A stretch of 64,000 nt of DNA from Entomortierella parvispora E1425 (Eukaryota > Fungi > Mortierellomycota), in contig BQFW01000007.1 of the NCBI GenBank assembly GCA_020891255.1, positions 1,054,001 to 1,118,000 on the forward strand, read 5' to 3'. The stretch's first letter is position 1; each line of letters starts with the position of its first letter. The position numbers were made by a program, and so were the translations under genes. The notes beneath the pieces are model-generated. The model searched no databases, had not been told where the DNA came from, and saw only the letters and a list, made by a program, of their open reading frames with translations. Of this stretch, positions 1-12,600 are shown piece by piece.

Positions 1-42
1 AAGCGTCGGTACGTCGCTCCATGTGTTTATTTGTCGCGATAT

Positions 43-1328
43 TTAAACGCTAAAAAAAGCAAAGGAAAGAGAAACAGATAGATAAGTACATTGGTTCATA
101 TTGATTTGTTTCCTGAAACTGCAGCCCATGAGTAACTGGATGGCCAGTGTTACTTACCGGGAGGGGTACATCATCTGTTGTGAGGAGAATCCATGAATAT
201 TCCAGAGAAAATAGAGAAGGGACTGTTAGCATCCATTACTTGCACTGATCTCAACGTAGGAACTAGAAAAGGGGGCTGAAAACAATAACGTACGACGCGG
301 ACGGAGGCACCGAAGGACTTGGCGGGCAAGTTGTTGCGGAAACGGGCCTTGACGGCACCGGAACCACCGTGGGAGCGGGTGATGCGTCCCCAGATGCAGC
401 GGATCTTGGATCCGTTGACCTCACGCTTGGCGCGGTAGACGAAAGCGACACGCTTGCCGAGGTAGAACTCGGTGTCAGCAGCGGTCTTGACGCCCTCGAT
501 CTGGACGAGCGAGATATCGGGGCGCTGGTTGCGCTTAGCGCGCTTGAATCCAAGAACACGACCTTTAGCGTAAAGACTGGTTGATAGAAATCCCATCGAA
601 ATAGAAGGAAAAAAGAGAGAAAAGGGGTGCAGACGGTTAGAGTCCATTTTCTCAAACGTCTTTTTGTTTTCTCTTCTTCCAGAGTCCTGAGCAGTCAAAG
701 CCATGTTGGCGGTAAACACAGCAAATAAACACAGCAAATAGTGCAAGTGCACTTTTGTTGTGGTTGAACAGTTGAATCCAGTGTCTGAAGAAACATCGTC
801 GATTGATGTTAACGGTCGACTGCACTGAGCTCAATCAACACTCATGCTGAGAGGACAAGAGTAAATCCAGTCTCGCCCTCAGCAATGCATTCTGTTGAAG
901 AGAGTTTGTGCTGTGTAAGCGAACAGACTTCGTAGATTTGATGTTCAGTTGTTCTCCAGTTTGATGAATGATGTTGTCCTGGGTCTGCCAGCCCTCGCTG
1001 TTGAGATAGAAAATATCCTCCTATATGACTGCCGCTGGATTAACAGAGAAGGAGGGCCATTCCTCTTCTCCAACAGGAGCCTCTGTTCATGGCCACCTCA
1101 TGCATCAGGTCCCTTCTGGGTCATGCCATCAAAGTCATCGTGAGGATGCATGATTTTTTTTGTGAAAGTCGGATTTCCAGATCCTGTCGCCTCAAGATGA
1201 AGTTGGTCCTGTGTGATGAGTAGGTGCAATATCGCCGATGGTCCGATGGATGGATCGATGGGTGTGTCCTTGACCCATGGATGCTGCATTGATTTCGTCA
1301 AGCCAATCACAGTCATGTACCGAGTCAT
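43..1328 (-). CDS. RPL33: 60S ribosomal protein eL33 (L35a), 4 exons
   Basis: Main exon 576-294 encodes [12 protein letters not shown]...[20 protein letters not shown], typical of eL33. Micro-exons 174-158 (MMYPSR) and 49-43 (V-stop) have GT-AG borders. First exon ATGACTCG at 1328-1321 is inferred from a GTACAT donor in the correct phase and is less certain. Confidence 0.92.
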
Positions 1329-1616
1329 TATGCAGAGAACTGAAAGAAGGGAGATTCCACTGGGATGCAGAACGCAGTCCGTAATGTGGAGCTCAGATTT
1401 TTTAAGGGGTGTTTTTCTTTTTTCGCTTCCATTGTGCGGCACATATGTAATGTGGCCAAGAGACGCGTTGCTATGACGGTGCATACGTGCTGCGATACAT
1501 ATCAGCAGCCCCACATGGCACTCACCATCATATAAGAACGGTGCAGATGAAGGTATGATGTCTTTAGTTTAGGGTCACGCTATTTACAAGGGAAAGCTGG
1601 ACAGGAACTCCTGTCG

Positions 1617-2758
1617 TTATCCTCTGTTCTTCATGAACTGACTGGCCATGTTGGCCATTGCTCCAAGAGCAGCGCTTTGTCCATTCCCTCCTTGTTGTCC
1701 ACCCTGACCACCTCCGTTCATGAAGGAGTTCATGACTCCACCAAGAAGGGCGCTGGCGCCTCCACCCTGACCATTTCCTCCAGTGAGCATGCCCATGACT
1801 GTTTGCTTGATATAGTCGGAGGAGAAGACCTTGTTGCGGAGCTCGTTCTCCAAAGTAGAAGACTATAAAAAGAGATGGGGTATCGATAACGAGATGAGTA
1901 TGATAGGATGCTTCCAATCGCGCACAACAAACAACCGTCGAGATTCTTCTGAGAAGAAACAAAAGAAGAAAAAATCGGTTGTTCCAGTATAAAACCTCCA
2001 CCTCTTACCATTTGCGCTTCAAACTTTTGCATGTAGGGCTGGATCAAAAGAAGGATCTTGGGAGCCAGCAAGTTTTGGAGCATCTGTTGAATGCCGCCAG
2101 TGCTTCCTCCAGCAGCCTTGATATCAGCCTCGTTTCCTCCACCGTTGACGGTGTGATCGCCTGGTCCATCTCCACCCACGAACTTGGACATCAAACCCGC
2201 GGCCATTCCAAGAGCGCCACCAGCGGCACCACCGTTGCTATCCACCATCTGCTGAATAGCGCCAGCGATGGTGGCAGGAATGGACGAGGACAGCTTCTTG
2301 GACATGTTGTCACTGACTTGTTTGATCACGGGGGTAGAGGCAGCCATGGTCTGGTTGACCATGCCATCCTTTCCAGCCTTCAAGAAATCAAAGTTGATTC
2401 CGCCAACTCCATCACTTTGAGCGCCTCCGGCATTGGAAGTCAAAACACTCTTGGCAACGTTCATGACACCGTTGGTCAGGAGCGTGTCCATGCCCTCTGA
2501 AGCTGTATCGACAGTCGATCCAGTGACGGACGAGACCTTGTTCATGAAGTTGGGCCCGAGCGAGGATATCAACTGAGAGACCATGCTGTTGCCGCCACCG
2601 TTACCGTCACTTCCAGAGAGGTAGTTCATGATGGTGTTGGGAAGTGAGTTCTTGAGATCACCCTTGGTGCTGTTAAGCTGCTCAGTGACCTTGGTCTGAA
2701 CGGTGGGGCGAGCCTGCTGCTCGAGGAAGTTCATCAACATGGGGGCGAGGGCGTCCAT
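1617..2758 (-). CDS. Gly/Met/Asn-rich hypothetical protein (~330 aa), 2 exons
   Basis: Long ORF starting MDALAPMLMNFLEQ, joined by a phase-0 GTAAGA...TATAG intron (~2008-1863) to SSTLENELRNKVF...MKNRG*. No family recognised. Confidence 0.75.
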
Positions 2759-3450
2759 GATGTTTGCTGAGATTTTTGAATGAAAGTTGTTTTCTGTGCT
2801 GGCTGTTTTGAGTGAGGGGTTGAAGGTGCGCGCGATTGTTGGGGAGATAAAGAGCAATTGATTGAAAAAAGGGTTGCGAGCAAAAGAATATGAAGAAGAG
2901 GGAAGGAAAAACATTCGCACTCTTGCATTGAAACACCACTCCCAGATGAGACACCGTCCGAGGATGATCTCCGCCGATCTGTAATTTGGGCATTCCGGGC
3001 GAAAACCATTGATCTTTGGAGTGCTTCGTGGATAGTCCTGACGATTACACCGTTAATCCTTCGGTCTATTAACCAAGCCAAGTCTGCTCAAAGAAAGGGA
3101 GAGGTCTGTCAAGGTTGTGTCTGCAAACTTTCCTCCTGGAAATCTCGTCGATTCTCAATCCTTGCCGCCCCATCTGCAGTTAAAGTATGGTATGATTGAT
3201 ATCAATGCTAGCACTTGCTTACACTCCACCCTGAGAGTCAATTGAGCTTCCGTGCGCATCCTCTTGAATAGCAACTCTGGATAGTGCCATGTTCAAGAAG
3301 GCGCGTCATGAGTGTTGGTGCAACCACAGTCATGCAAGAGGCGACGAACGGGATTGGCCAGAAAGCAGTTCATTTTTCGGTTCAGGTCCGCCTTTCATGG
3401 TGATCAGGCAACCCCCTTCACCTCTCTTTCACCCTCACATTCTCATAGTA

Positions 3451-4453
3451 ATGGCCTCTGCACTCAAGAAGCTGACCAAGGTCGTCCAGCAGTCCAAGGC
3501 GAAGCACACTGCCACCGTCATCTTTATGCATGGCCTCGGTGACTCTGGTGATGGATGGCAAGTTCATGGAAGATGAGCGTTAATGGGAACAGGAACCTTT
3601 CTTGGCCAAGCAATTCAACTAACCAAACACATTGGCCAACTCATTCATCTCCTTCGAAACCTGTCTTCTCTACACCATTAGGGCTCCTGTTGGAGAGCAG
3701 GTAAACTATACTGCCACATTTCACCCGGCTGTGGATATGTTGAACAAGATCTTTTGGCTGACCGTTCCCTTTTCGTAGCTTGGCGAGTATCTCCCTCATA
3801 TCAAGTTCATCTTCCCTAATGCTCCTAACCAGCCCGTCACTCTGAACATGGGAATGAAAATGCCATCCTGGTACGATATCAAGTCTTTGAACAGCCTCAA
3901 CCAGGAGCAGGATGAGCAGGGCATGCTTCAATCCAGGACAGAAAGTAAGGCTATGGTTGACTATCTGTGACGCTCTACACGGGCACTGCATTCTATCAGG
4001 TGGTTACGCCTTCTAAAACTCCCTTTTCCGGCTCTCCAATTAGTCATGCAGATTGTTCGTGAGGAGATTGAGGATAATGGAATCCCTGCCAACAGAATCG
4101 TGATCGGAGGATTCTCGCAAGGATGTGTGATGGGCTTGATGACAGGATTGACGGCTGAGTACAAGTTTGCTGGAATCGTCTCGCTCTCGGGATATGTCCC
4201 CCTTCACAACAAATTTATGAACATGGTTTCGGATGCGAACCGCAAGACGCCCGTCTTCTGGGGTCATGGTGATGCGGATCAGGTTGTCAGATACGCCTAT
4301 GGCAAGCAGTCGGTTGAGCTCTTGCAGGCCAACAAGTTCAACGTCCAGTTTAACACTTATCGCAACATGGGACACGGATCCAGCCCACAGGAGATCCGTG
4401 ATTTGCTCGTGTTCTTGAAGGAGACTCTTCCCGAGAAGACCCCTGCATTGTAA
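3451..4453 (+). CDS. APT1: Acyl-protein thioesterase 1 / phospholipase-carboxylesterase
   Basis: Motifs HTATVIFMHGLGD, FIFPNAP...MPSWYDI, GGFSQG nucleophile elbow, FWGHGDAD, MGH. Four exons including a 19-nt micro-exon at 3682-3700. Confidence 0.95.
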
Positions 4454-4504
4454 AGAAAATACTATTTGAAATACAAGCCAATAGATCGTTGAAAAAGTTA
4501 CAGT

Positions 4505-5569
4505 TTATTCTTCGACCGAGGGAGAGTTCTTCTTGACCCGTGGAGCTCTTGGCTTTTTGTATAAAACTTCTTGACGGCCTGCCTTCATGGCGGCATAGCG
4601 ACCACAAGTAAACAGATAGTCGCTCAGTCTGTTGAGGTAGATAGCCACGCTCTTGTCTACACGCTGCTCTTGTGCCAAAGGAACAACTCTTCGCTCTGTG
4701 CGACGGCTGATAGATCGAGCCACATGAAGAGCAGCGGCAGCTTTCCCTCCAGACTATATGAATTTACGATTCAGAAGAGGTGAGTGTGAGTCTCGATGAA
4801 GGATCTGCAATTTCTTCTGAAAGGACAAGCAATCGACTCTTTACAGGAAGAATAAAGCTTGTCAGCGGAGGTAATTCCTGGTCCATGGTATCAATCCAGT
4901 TCTCCAGGTCCTGGACATGTTGGCCATCGGAATCAAACTCGGTTCGCGCAAGACGAGGGGCGGTTGCAGAGTCTCTAGGAGTGGCGATGTTGGACCCGAT
5001 ATCCTGCAATAAGCATTGAATTTGTTCCAATTGCTCCACCATCCCTTGGACGTCTGAGCCCTGGTCAAGGCAGTATTCGCGCGCCAAGCTGTTAAGAGGG
5101 AGGTACAGAGGTTCAGTGTATGTCAAAGCGGTTGCAGAGCAGTCCCTCCGTCTTTCACTGACTGGCTGCCCATATATCTTACCCAACAGAGGAAGATAAC
5201 TCATCGTTGGTGCCTATGAGTGCGATTGTAGGTCATTAGGATGCAAGTAATTTTCTTGTCAACTGCAAATCGAAAGAAGGGTGCCGAGATATGCCGAGAT
5301 ATACCGAGAGCCTCAAAAACTTCGTCATCTTTGGGTCTTCTCTCTCCTGTGAAGAGAGAGGAGGTTCCCTTGTCTCCTGTCTTTGTGTAGATCTTTGGTC
5401 TTCCCGCCAATCGAATCCTAAAGTGAGCGCGTCGTCGTTATTATAGAAGGTCAACGAAGACACGTCGAAAAGGAGTGGCCAGAGCACAAGTGTTTTCTTA
5501 CGCGGAACCAGTAGAGAACGCAGAGGTACCAGCGCGTCTGAGGGTGTCACGGAAGGGATTCAGGAGCAT
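4505..5569 (-). CDS. MMAB: ATP:cob(I)alamin adenosyltransferase (PduO/MMAB type) with mitochondrial presequence
   Basis: [40 protein letters not shown] and [10 protein letters not shown] are PduO-type motifs. Exon 1 ([22 protein letters not shown]) resembles a presequence. Confidence 0.93.
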
Positions 5570-6383
5570 GGTCGTTTTGGGAAAGCTGTGCAATGAAGGG
5601 AGCAAAAAGCAAGAATCGGTTCGTGCGGAACTAAATGCTTGGGACAAAAGCAGCCACAAATGCAAGCTGTCATTTCCTTCCTTCTCTTTTTCGCTCGATC
5701 CTCGATCAAGCCTCGCTCTTGAATGTCTCGAGGATGCCAGGTGGTGACATCAGAGCGTTGCTCCTCATTCATTCGAATCTCGTCGTTGCACAAGAATCGA
5801 CCTCCAGATGGTCTGGACCAGGCATGGAGAAGTAGGGTGGCAGGATGGACAGACAGGCTTTTCCAGGAAGAGAGCGGGCCTTGAAGTTGCCATCCGCTGG
5901 ATGGAGGACCTGCATATTGCCCATTGGCCGTCAAGGGTGCGGCTGCCACTTTTGCGGTGAATGAATCCCTGTGGACAAATAGCAAGGCGACGTTTTTCGT
6001 CCCTGGGCTCATGGCAGGGCAAAGATCTGTGCAGTGATTGCCGTTGTCACAAGGACGTCCGAGGCGGCGAACGGCCAGCAAGGACACACAGCTCTTGTTG
6101 TTTGAGTTGTTTTGAGCGTGCCACGGCCAGCAAGGTCAGACTCACGCCCAGAACAGAGTTTCTTCCTCCGTGCGATCAGATCTCGGGAACTTAAGAGGTA
6201 CCTAACATGATGACCAGGGCAACTTAAGAGGCACTTGGGCCGTGAAGGGGTTGATTTGAGACAAATAGACTTCGAGAACCATGTGGGGTGAGTCCGTCTT
6301 TCCTGTTCTCTTTTCCCTATTTCCCTCGACTCACTTTTCCTGCTCCTCCTCACCTGCCTCGCCCTCATCCCCTCGCCTCACAA

Positions 6384-8667
6384 ATGGTCGACCACACCCA
6401 CCCGTCCTCGGACAAGGATACCACCCCTAATGTTATGCCGCTGAGCAAGGCAAGGTCCCGGCCGTCCATCTCGATTGCCGCCCCTCAGATGCAGGCTGGC
6501 GCCTCCTCCGGGTTCGCCTTTCCCTCTTCGGGAGGAATATCTGCAAGCGCTATTGCTGTCCCTGTGAATCCCTTCAGTCCCGCAGGCTCGCCTTCCTCGA
6601 CCCCAGAAGCCACTCCTCTGGGAACTCCAACGGCCGAGCTGCAAAAGCTCAACCTCGGTATGGAGCGGTATGCTCGTGCGGTGCAAGATCCGGGTCCAAC
6701 TGGAAGCTTTTCAGGGACGGTACCATTGCCAGACCTCACTCATACATCTACGCCTCTTCACAACCGCCGGCGGTCAAGCGCAGTGGAGCCTTCGACAGGT
6801 GACAATGGAGCATTCTCATCCGATCTCGAAAAGCAGGCCAGCACACTGGCTTCCATTAAACGGGTCATTGCTGGAAGGACCCGCCAGCAACAGATGGGTC
6901 CAATGGACGATTTAGAGTCGAACCACATAAGCTTGGCCTTTGAGGACGAAAAGAATGAAGTCATTACGATGGTTGAGACCATGGTGGAAGAGTCGACAAC
7001 CCAAGAGCCGTTGGAAGGAGTTCGCCACCGTAAACATAAAGGTGGTATCCTCAGTCAATTGCTAAAACTGCAGCGAAACGAGGTCGCTGGCGCCGCAGAT
7101 TCATCACGGCGATCAACTTCCACCAAGGCTGCCAAAAAGTCAAGAAAGGGGTTCTCATATCGGTCAGCTTCCAGGAACGCATCTGTCACCAGCTTCAAAG
7201 ACCCCAATTTATCATCGACTTCAAGTACGCCTAAAGTTTCTCCAAGGAACTCGGGCGTATTCGATGCGGATCGCAGCAGGAGTGAACATTTGACTGTGCC
7301 TCGATCAAGGACATTGGCTCAAGAAATCAGAGGAACTGCAGATAACCGGAGTATTCACAGGGACATTGCAGAGATCCTGACGAGGCAGTCGTTCCTCATC
7401 ATGATGGCCAAAGCCTTGGTCTTGTATGGAGGCCCTTCACACAAAATCGAAGAGACCTGCTCTTTGCTAGCCAACAAAATGGATGTGGACGCCTCATTCT
7501 CCCTACTTCCGGGACTGATGACAATCTCCTTCAACGACCCAGAGACCCACACAAGTGATACTCGGCACCTAAAATGCTCTCAAGGCATGAACATGCACAA
7601 ACTCGCAGGCGTCCACAAAATCGCTCTCGCAGTTCTGAGTGGCGGAAGCGTCGATGCTGCAAATAAGGACCTGGAGCAGTTGAATCAGGAGCCTGCCATG
7701 TATCCTCTCTGGCTGACACTTATGGGCTGGTTGGGATCTTCCGCTTGTGTAGCACCCCTAGCGTTCGGTGGAGGATGGCTGGACATGGCGGTCGCAGGCT
7801 TTTGTGGATTATTGGTAGGCATCTTGGGCGTCGTAGCGTCAAAGTTCCCGATTTACGGGAATGTGTTTGAGATGACAGCCAGTATTATGGTCGGTTTTAT
7901 CGCGAAGGCTTTTGGAAACAGCGTCTGTTACTCTGCTGTTGCTCTGGCAGGTGTCGTTGTACTGCTACCAGGTTTGCTGCTGACTCAAGCTATCATGGAG
8001 CTGTCATCCAGGAACGTTGTCTCAGGCGCAGTGAGAATGTTTTACGCTCTCATGTACGCATTCTTCCTTGGATTTGGACTGACTCTTGGGGCCGAGTTCT
8101 GGGACTATGTAAGGATTTGAATTGAAAAAAGATAGGCGATCGTTCAACATCAAGAATGCTAACGGTAACGTGTCACATTGGTAGATTTCCGGTAGTTCAG
8201 CAGTGCCGTCTGCAAGTGCGTGTCAACATTCTATCGACCAATGGTGGTATTTTTTGGTTTTCCCAGCCGTTTCCGTGTCGATCAATATCACGTTTGGAGC
8301 GCATCCTCGACAATGGCTCGGTATGACCGTAGTGACATCCGTCGGCCTCGTGGTTACCTTGTTCCTCAAGAGTGGACCTCAAATTACAGCCGCCATCGCT
8401 GCATTCTTGGTTGGACTCTCTGGTCAACTATGGGCTCGAGTCACCGGACAATTGAGCTATGTTCCGCTATTGAGCGGTGTTCTCCTGTTAGTTCCTGGAA
8501 GTGTTGGAGTCCGTGGCTTTCTGGCCATGTTTGGAAGCGATGGTGTCCAAGGGTTTACATTTGTGCTGACCATGATCAACGTCTCTGTTGCGATTACACT
8601 TGGAGTGTTTTGTTCCGCATTGATCTGCTATCCGTTCTGGCGAAAGAGCACGTTCATGACCTTCTAG
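6384..8667 (+). CDS. ThrE/DUF1212 (PRM10-like) multi-pass membrane protein
   Basis: Low-complexity N-terminus followed by ALVLYGGPSHKIE, LLPGL, VVLLPG...ELSSRNVVSGAVRMFYA and LLLVPGSVGVRG. One intron at ~8109-8184. Confidence 0.88.
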
Positions 8668-8960
8668 AAGAATAATAATAATAACTGGCAGAAATGAACA
8701 GCTTTATTTCATCTTGCCCTATCCCGCTGGGCTCTACCTGCCAGTTCGATGCCAACATTCTTGGTCGCCCGAGTTGTTGCGTGTCAAGATCATTTTTCTA
8801 TGGTACGGTTACGATTAATCGATCTTGAGGGAGCATGAGTGCCCTCCAGCAGGGCATGCCCAGTGTCTGCTCTTGGATAGAGGGAGCCGTTATTACAGCG
8901 TGCTGCCAAGGTGTTGAATTTTCTTAGCACAGCATGAGTTCCTTGCTGCATGGCGGATGT

Positions 8961-9185
8961 TCATTTGTCCGAAGGAGTAATGGACGACAATGGTTGGCGT
9001 TTCTTTGACGGAGCAAGGGTTGAGTCGGCAGGTGTTGGAGGTGGAGCTGCGGGGTTGCCCTTGCCCTTGACACTCAGCGACTGATTCTGAGCGGCCTGGG
9101 CAGCCATTTCCTCCTCCTTGAGCCGGTCAAAGCTGGCAATGTCGGCGCGACGGAGCAGAATAGACGAAGGATTAGTTCTTAGCAT
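8961..9185 (-). CDS. CDC26: Anaphase-promoting complex subunit CDC26-like (74 aa)
   Basis: N-terminus MLRTNPSSILLRRADIASF matches the MLRRxPTxIxLxxxDI CDC26 motif, followed by a disordered tail. Confidence 0.7.
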   Translation of the reverse strand: MLRTNPSSILLRRADIASFDRLKEEEMAAQAAQNQSLSVKGKGNPAAPPPTPADSTLAPSKKRQPLSSITPSDK

Positions 9186-9680
9186 GGAGCGATGTGTGAT
9201 GTGTTGTCAGAAACTGTTGGCAGTGGGGGAAAGTGGGGGCAAGTTGATGTCGAGTGCGAATGGCAGGTTCAGGAGTGGCAAAGAGGAAAGAGGCACACTG
9301 CTCGCGGCAGGACTGCACACACGCACAGAGCACCCCAATGGCCCACATGGCACTCACACACATTTCACACATGTTTTTTTTGCACGCACGCAGGACGGCG
9401 AACCAAATCGACAGAAATGGTGGCGCAAACACAAATTTTTTTTTTTCCTGTAGACATGCCGAGCAAGACGTCTGATTCGATCTTTCTCGCCTCCTTGTCT
9501 CTGCATCAGCATCAGCATCAGCATCCGCTCCAGTCCTTGCCTCGTCTGCCATCTCTGTTGCCGCCTGCTTGCTTCCCTTTTTCTCCTCCTCCTCTCTTCC
9601 CTTCACTCCAGTTGCTAATTGCACACGAGTGATTGACATTCTACCGAAAGAATCTACAGAGCAGATCTATCAGACACATC

Positions 9681-12600
9681 ATGGACACCCAGGGACTGTA
9701 CCATCTCTTCCAGGCCACATTCCAGCCCGATGCTAACGTCCGCATCCAGGCTGAGCTGAAGCTGAAGCAGGTGCGAATCACACTTTCTCAACTCTACTGT
9801 CTCCTTTCTCTTGCTGACCTTGCTCGTCTATTACCTTTCTAGCTCGAGGGAACGCAAGGAACTCTTCTCCAGTCGATGCAGATCATTGGCGCTGAGGAAT
9901 CTGAGCTTCATGTTCGTCAGGCTGGTAAGGACTACTAGTTTCTCTATTTTCAGATATGTCCTACTGAGGTCCATGGTGCAACATACTTCAGAATACCTTC
10001 TGACTCTTTTGTTTATCGTTTGGTCCGCTTTTGCAGCCTCCATTTACTTCAAGAACGCCATTAGACGCTACTGGTTTGAGACAGAGTCCACTCCTGCACA
10101 TTTGAAAATCACAGAGGCCGACAAGGATGCTGTCAAGGCTTCCATCATCCAGCTTTTGGCCTCATCTCCTCCAGTCATCCGGTAGGCAGGCAGTTTTGTT
10201 TCAAGAGCGATCGAGACGGCTGGGCTCTCTAGAGACAAAAAGAGCAAAGGCAGCATTGAGACTCCTACTTACAAGCTTGTTCTTTACCCTGTGCTTTTCC
10301 TTATTTTGCGTTTGACAATTAGTGCTCAGTTGATCACCGTCCTTGGAGTCATTCTCTCCAACGACTTCCCCGCAAAGTACCCCGGCTATCTCGCTACCGT
10401 TCAGACCCTTCTTCAGTCTCAGGACCCCAAGATTGTTTTCGTCGGCTTGTTGGCTTTGAAGGAGGTTTTGCGCGTCTACAAGTAAGAGGACGACTCTGGA
10501 TGATCGGTTCGATACCGCTGTCATTTCACTGGATGGAGTCCGTTAACAACTGATTATCGTCATTAGGTTCAAGGTTGAAGATCGCGAGCCAGTGGATGAA
10601 ATTATCGCCACTTTCTTCCCCGCCATTCAGCAGATTGGAGCAGGATTGATCGGTTCGGACAACATTGAGGCTGCAGAGATGCTCAAGGTCATCTTCAAGT
10701 GCTACCACTACACCATTCAGATTGACCTTTCGGAACGTCAGCAGGACAGCTCATCTTTGGTCCCATGGGGCACTCTTTTCATCCAGATGGTTGAGAAGCC
10801 CGTTCCTACAGAGGGTCTCCCTACTGACCTCGAGGAGTTGGAGAAGCACCCCTGGTGGAAAGCTAAGCGTTGGGCCTACCAATGCTTGAACCGCTTGTAC
10901 ACCCGCTATGGCAACCCTCCTGCCCTTACCTCAGAGTCCAAGTTCAAGGCCTTCGCCAAGTCATTCGTCGTCAACTTTGCTCCCAACATTTTGACCGCCT
11001 ACTTGAAGCAGGTGGAGCTTTGGGTTGCCAAGGCAGCTTGGTTGAGCCCCCGCGTTTTGTGCTTGATTGGAAACTTTTTGGAGGAGACTGTGAAGGATAA
11101 GGGTATCTGGTCCATCATGAAGCCCCACTCGGAGACTTTGATCACCCACTTTGTGTTCCCTCAGCTGTGCTTCACTGCCGCCGATGAGGAGCTTTGGGTG
11201 GATGAGCCTGTCGAATATGTTCACTCCAAGATTGATATGCTTGAGGATTTCACCAGCCCTTCAACCGCCGCTCTCAACTTCTTGATGGTCATGGCCCGCT
11301 ACAGACAGAACGCCTTTATGCAGGTACTTGCCTTGGCCAACAGCATTCTTCAAAAGTACAACGATTCCCCAGTTGAGGCCAGGAATGCCAGAGAGAAGGA
11401 TGGAGCTTTGGTCATGGTTGGCTCCTTGTCCTCTTTGATCCTCAGAAAGGTACAGAAGGATATTGTCAAAGGAAGACGCGAGTTTTGTTATGATTTTGAA
11501 ACATCTTGGAATATTAACAGTAATTCCTCTTGTGTTTTTTTAGAAATCTCTTGCTAAAATGATGGAGCCATTCTTTGTGAACCATGTGTTCCCTGAGTTC
11601 AAGAGCCAGCACCCCTTCCTTCGCGCTCGCGTAAGTTTGTTGCAGTAGGGGACGCTTTCCATTTCAATCGAGAAGCAAATTATTAACAATCGTTACTTGT
11701 TCCATTAGGCGTGCGAGATGATCAACCAATTCAGCGACTTGGACTTTGAGGACCCCAACAACATCGCCATTGCCTTCACCAGCCTCATGGAGAGCCTTCG
11801 TGATACCGAGCTCCCCGTCAAGGTCACCGCCGCTCTTGCTCTTCGCCCAATGATTCGTCACGAGGCTATCTGCGAAGCTATGAAGCCCCACCTTCAGTTC
11901 ATCATGCACGAGCTCTTGGCCATGACCAACCAGATTGATGTTGACACTCTTGCGGATGTCATGGATGAGTTTGTCGAGGTCTTTGCTCAGGATTTGGCTC
12001 CTTTCGCCGTTCAGCTCTGTGAGCAGTTGCGCGATACTTTCCTCCGCATCTGCGAGGATATGGCCAAGGGTACCGATGGTTTGGACGATGTCTCTGATAG
12101 CGCTATTGACGAGGCCTCCGACAAGACCATGGCTGCTATGGGTGTCTTGAAGACCATGGGTACTTTGATCATCAGTTTGGAGAGCACACCCGAGGTTTTG
12201 AACCAGCTCGAGCTTGCCATCCTTCCTGTGATCCAGTTCACTCTCCAGAACGCCATTATTGACCTCTTTGATGGTGTCTTTGAGATTATCGACAGCTGTA
12301 CCTTCTCTGGAAAGACCATTTCAGCCAACATGTGGAATGTCTTTGAGCTCATTTACAAGACCTTCAAGGAGTCGGCTTTGGATTTCATGGAGGAGATGTT
12401 CCCTTCGCTCGACAACTATATCTCATACGGCAAGGATGTCGTTTCTACCAACGAGCACGTTCAGCACATGATCTACGACATGATCGAGACCGTGATGAAG
12501 AGTGACCGTTTGGGCGAAAACGACCGTGTCTCTGGCTGCAAGTTGGCCGAGTCCCTGTTGTTGAACTGCCGTGGTCATGTAGACAAGTACGTTGCCCCCA

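Noticed and set aside
171-752. 193-aa ORF suggesting an N-terminally extended eL33 starting MDSNR or earlier
   Set aside because: The apparent MDSNR overlaps the intron branch point (CTAAC) and pyrimidine tract, and no GT donor gives the right phase. It is intron read-through.
1521-1528. ATG followed by GTGAGT, a possible ATG-only first exon of eL33
   Set aside because: The available acceptors give an immediate stop or the wrong phase, and the site lies in the likely 3'UTR of the upstream gene.
5560-6087. 175-aa minus-strand ORF between MMAB and the PRM10-like gene
   Set aside because: No recognisable motif or codon bias, no clear ATG context, and it lies in a GC-rich bidirectional promoter region.
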